Position numbers and translations under genes: made by a program. Shown here one piece after another: positions 62,018-64,000 of a DNA stretch of 64,000 bases. This DNA is from Candidatus Bathyarchaeota archaeon. Lineage in GTDB: Archaea; Thermoproteota; Bathyarchaeia; 40CM-2-53-6. Position 1 is the first letter of the stretch, and every line of letters starts with the position of its first letter. A model generated the notes under the pieces. That model was not told where the DNA came from and made no database searches. It saw only the letters and a list, made by a program, of their open reading frames with translations. The stretch spans positions 288,001-352,000 of the forward strand of contig CAWHWX010000016.1 in assembly GCA_963833125.1 (NCBI GenBank), given 5' to 3'.

Positions 62018-63328
62018 ATGACAGTGCGCTCTGCCCTCTCCGCTTTCGTCATCATCGTCACGATCACAGCGTTGGCTATTCCATCGGCCAGGATCTCTTC
62101 CGCATCAGGAGCATCGATTGCTGATTCAAGCTATGTACTGGTGGGTGGGCAGAATGGCACTTGGTTCGTAGACGGTCAGGCACCGCGGTTGGAGCGAATC
62201 GGCCTCTCCAACGACTCAATGGCATCGCTTGCCCCGGTTCAAAGCGAAGGAACTGTGTGGAGCGGTGGATGGAATGGGTCCCAATGGTTAGTGTCGGGTT
62301 GGGGGGACGATGATGGCCCGAACGGATCGAATCCCTACATTTACCTTTACAACGGGATGAACCAAGTGCCGGCGGGATCCCTGGACCTATACCAAGCAGA
62401 ATCGACATGGCATGGTGGTGATGTATTCGCAACTAGTTACAACGGCAAAGAATGGCTATTATCGGGATTAGGCTCAGGCGTCTTGCCGTCGTTCAGCAGC
62501 CTAGAACAGAACCACATGTCGCTCGCACTTTTCGACGGTTACGATTTCACGGATCTCTCCGCGCTAGTTCCAAGGCAACGCGACGCGATCCTGTACACGA
62601 ATGCTTGGAATGGTCGATATTGGTTGGTCGGAGGAGGATTCGATGATGATGGTATTCTGCTTTCTTTCGATGGCACGAACCTAGTGGACCTAACGGGCTT
62701 AATCGCTCAATCCGTCTTCAATTTTGGATCTGTCCAGGCGGTTGCTTGGAATGGATATTACTGGCTCGTTGGAGGGCAGAACTTTCTGGCAGCGTATGAC
62801 GGTAACAAATTCACCGACCTCACCTACAGACTTGATTCAGCCCTGAAGTTAAACAGCGCCTGCTGCACCACAGTTAATGCAATTGCTTGGAACGGGGCAG
62901 AATGGATGATTGGTGGAGGTGCCCCTATAGCGCAAACTTCTTCCGACAGCCAAGCGTGGCTTGTCACCTACTCACCGCCAAACTTCGTAGACCTCACACA
63001 AGAAATCCGGCCCCACGCTACAGACTTGATCCCAGACTCCAGCATACTAGCGATAACGGCCACACAAAGTTTGTGGATAATCGGCGGATACTCCAACAAC
63101 CACGGATCCCTCTACGAATATTTCGGAAAATCCTTTACGAATCTTTCAGAACTCGTCAGCAATTATACCTACGTGAATTGGGTGGGCGCAGGCGCTACAC
63201 AAAACAACGTTCAGATAGCTCCAACAACCTACAACCCCATATTTCCAGACTTGAAAGCGCTAACAAGCCAATCGATTCAGCATGTTCGTGAAACTCTGCA
63301 AGCGATCGAGGTTTACCGTTTCGACTAG
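62018..63328 (+). CDS. Secreted repeat protein with WNG..WL.GG units (probable beta-propeller)
   Basis: Signal peptide; about 6 repeats such as WNGSQWLVSG, YNGKEWLLSG, WNGRYWLVGG, WNGYYWLVGG and WNGAEWMIGG, most followed by (F/Y)DG..FTDL. Confidence 0.7.
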   Translation: MTVRSALSAFVIIVTITALAIPSARISSASGASIADSSYVLVGGQNGTWFVDGQAPRLERIGLSNDSMASLAPVQSEGTVWSGGWNGSQWLVSGWGDDDGPNGSNPYIYLYNGMNQVPAGSLDLYQAESTWHGGDVFATSYNGKEWLLSGLGSGVLPSFSSLEQNHMSLALFDGYDFTDLSALVPRQRDAILYTNAWNGRYWLVGGGFDDDGILLSFDGTNLVDLTGLIAQSVFNFGSVQAVAWNGYYWLVGGQNFLAAYDGNKFTDLTYRLDSALKLNSACCTTVNAIAWNGAEWMIGGGAPIAQTSSDSQAWLVTYSPPNFVDLTQEIRPHATDLIPDSSILAITATQSLWIIGGYSNNHGSLYEYFGKSFTNLSELVSNYTYVNWVGAGATQNNVQIAPTTYNPIFPDLKALTSQSIQHVRETLQAIEVYRFD

Positions 63329-63356
63329 ATGTTCCTCGGATCAGGTTCATTATCGT

Positions 63357-63926
63357 TCAGCATAGTCTAAGGCTGTGGAGTATGTTCTTGGTGTCTACGA
63401 CTGTGGCGAATTCCTTGTCCAGGCTAGCTAGGTTCACCGCGTGAATTTCTTCAGCTTTGTAGAGTTTCCCGTCTGGTCCTGCGCGGTCGAATGTAGCAGT
63501 CGCGTCGGAAACTACGTAGACATCGAAGCCCATGTTCCCGCCCATCCGCGCTGTCGTTGAGACACAATGATCGGTTGTTATTCCAACGACTACGAGTGTT
63601 TCAATGTTTTTCCGCTTCAATTGGGACTCAAGATCTGTTCCGATGAAAGCGCTATTCACGGTCTTCGTAACGATCGGTTCTCCATTCAAAGGGGCAATAA
63701 TTTCTTTGATTCTATTTCCCGGCGTACCCGGCCTAAGTGGAGAACCTGCCACTTGAGAGCAGTGTTGGATGTAGAATACCGGCATACGTGATTTCCTCCA
63801 CGCTTCCAGTAACCTCTGGATGTTCAATTCCGCTTGAGGGTTGTTCCTTCTTCCCCACTGAGGAGCGTCAAACCCGTTTTGCACTTCGACAATAATGAGT
63901 GCAGCATTCGAAGGAAGCTGAACCAT
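63357..63926 (-). CDS. Isochorismatase-family cysteine hydrolase
   Basis: ALII.EVQ.GF, K.VNSAF.GTDL, GITTDHCVSTTAR, SDATATF. Confidence 0.9.
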   Translation of the reverse strand: MVQLPSNAALIIVEVQNGFDAPQWGRRNNPQAELNIQRLLEAWRKSRMPVFYIQHCSQVAGSPLRPGTPGNRIKEIIAPLNGEPIVTKTVNSAFIGTDLESQLKRKNIETLVVVGITTDHCVSTTARMGGNMGFDVYVVSDATATFDRAGPDGKLYKAEEIHAVNLASLDKEFATVVDTKNILHSLRLC

Positions 63927-64000
63927 TGAAAACACCCACCCATTGCTCCGGTGAGCGTCAGATTAAGAGGCTCTCTGTACAGGGGTGAGTTCGATGATTT

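Noticed and set aside
333-63791. Many short antisense or alternate-frame ORFs in the track (for example 726-1040, 7862-8239, 29817-30269, 53098-53691)
   Set aside because: They are shadows of well-supported genes and have no motifs of their own.
1-64000. CRISPR array, cas genes, integrase or transposase
   Set aside because: No regularly spaced nucleotide repeats or matching protein motifs seen; the repeats in the surface genes exist only at protein level.

Overview
Archaeal chromosomal window. Ribosomal protein L38e, TBP, the tetraether synthase Tes, a geranylgeranyl reductase and an archaeal CCA-adding enzyme point to a TACK archaeon, most plausibly Bathyarchaeia (inference). Layout: 0-6.5 kb radical SAM/GT2, rpl38e, mdh, larB/larE and a SAMP; 6.7-14.1 kb large secreted repeat proteins with C-terminal sorting signals; 14-25 kb tbp, signal peptidase, regulators, tes plus GGR, moaE and a KaiC-like/V4R-like pair; 25-33 kb a MoxR/DUF58 operon and two paralogous surface proteins; 33-39 kb a tRNA-maturation cluster; 39-44 kb small accessory genes; 44-62 kb an amino-sugar/sugar-conjugate catabolic region with an Opp/Dpp-family ABC transporter. 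The main finding is a tRNA-Pro(GGG) gene at 38836-39018 that I can parse base by base into five exons and four non-canonical introns (15/16, 20b/21, 30/31, 45/46), each with a bulge-helix-bulge-type splice motif. I know of at most three introns in a described archaeal tRNA. Many genes carry single-base frameshifts, most likely long-read indel errors. All assignments come from motif recognition by eye; no searches were run.
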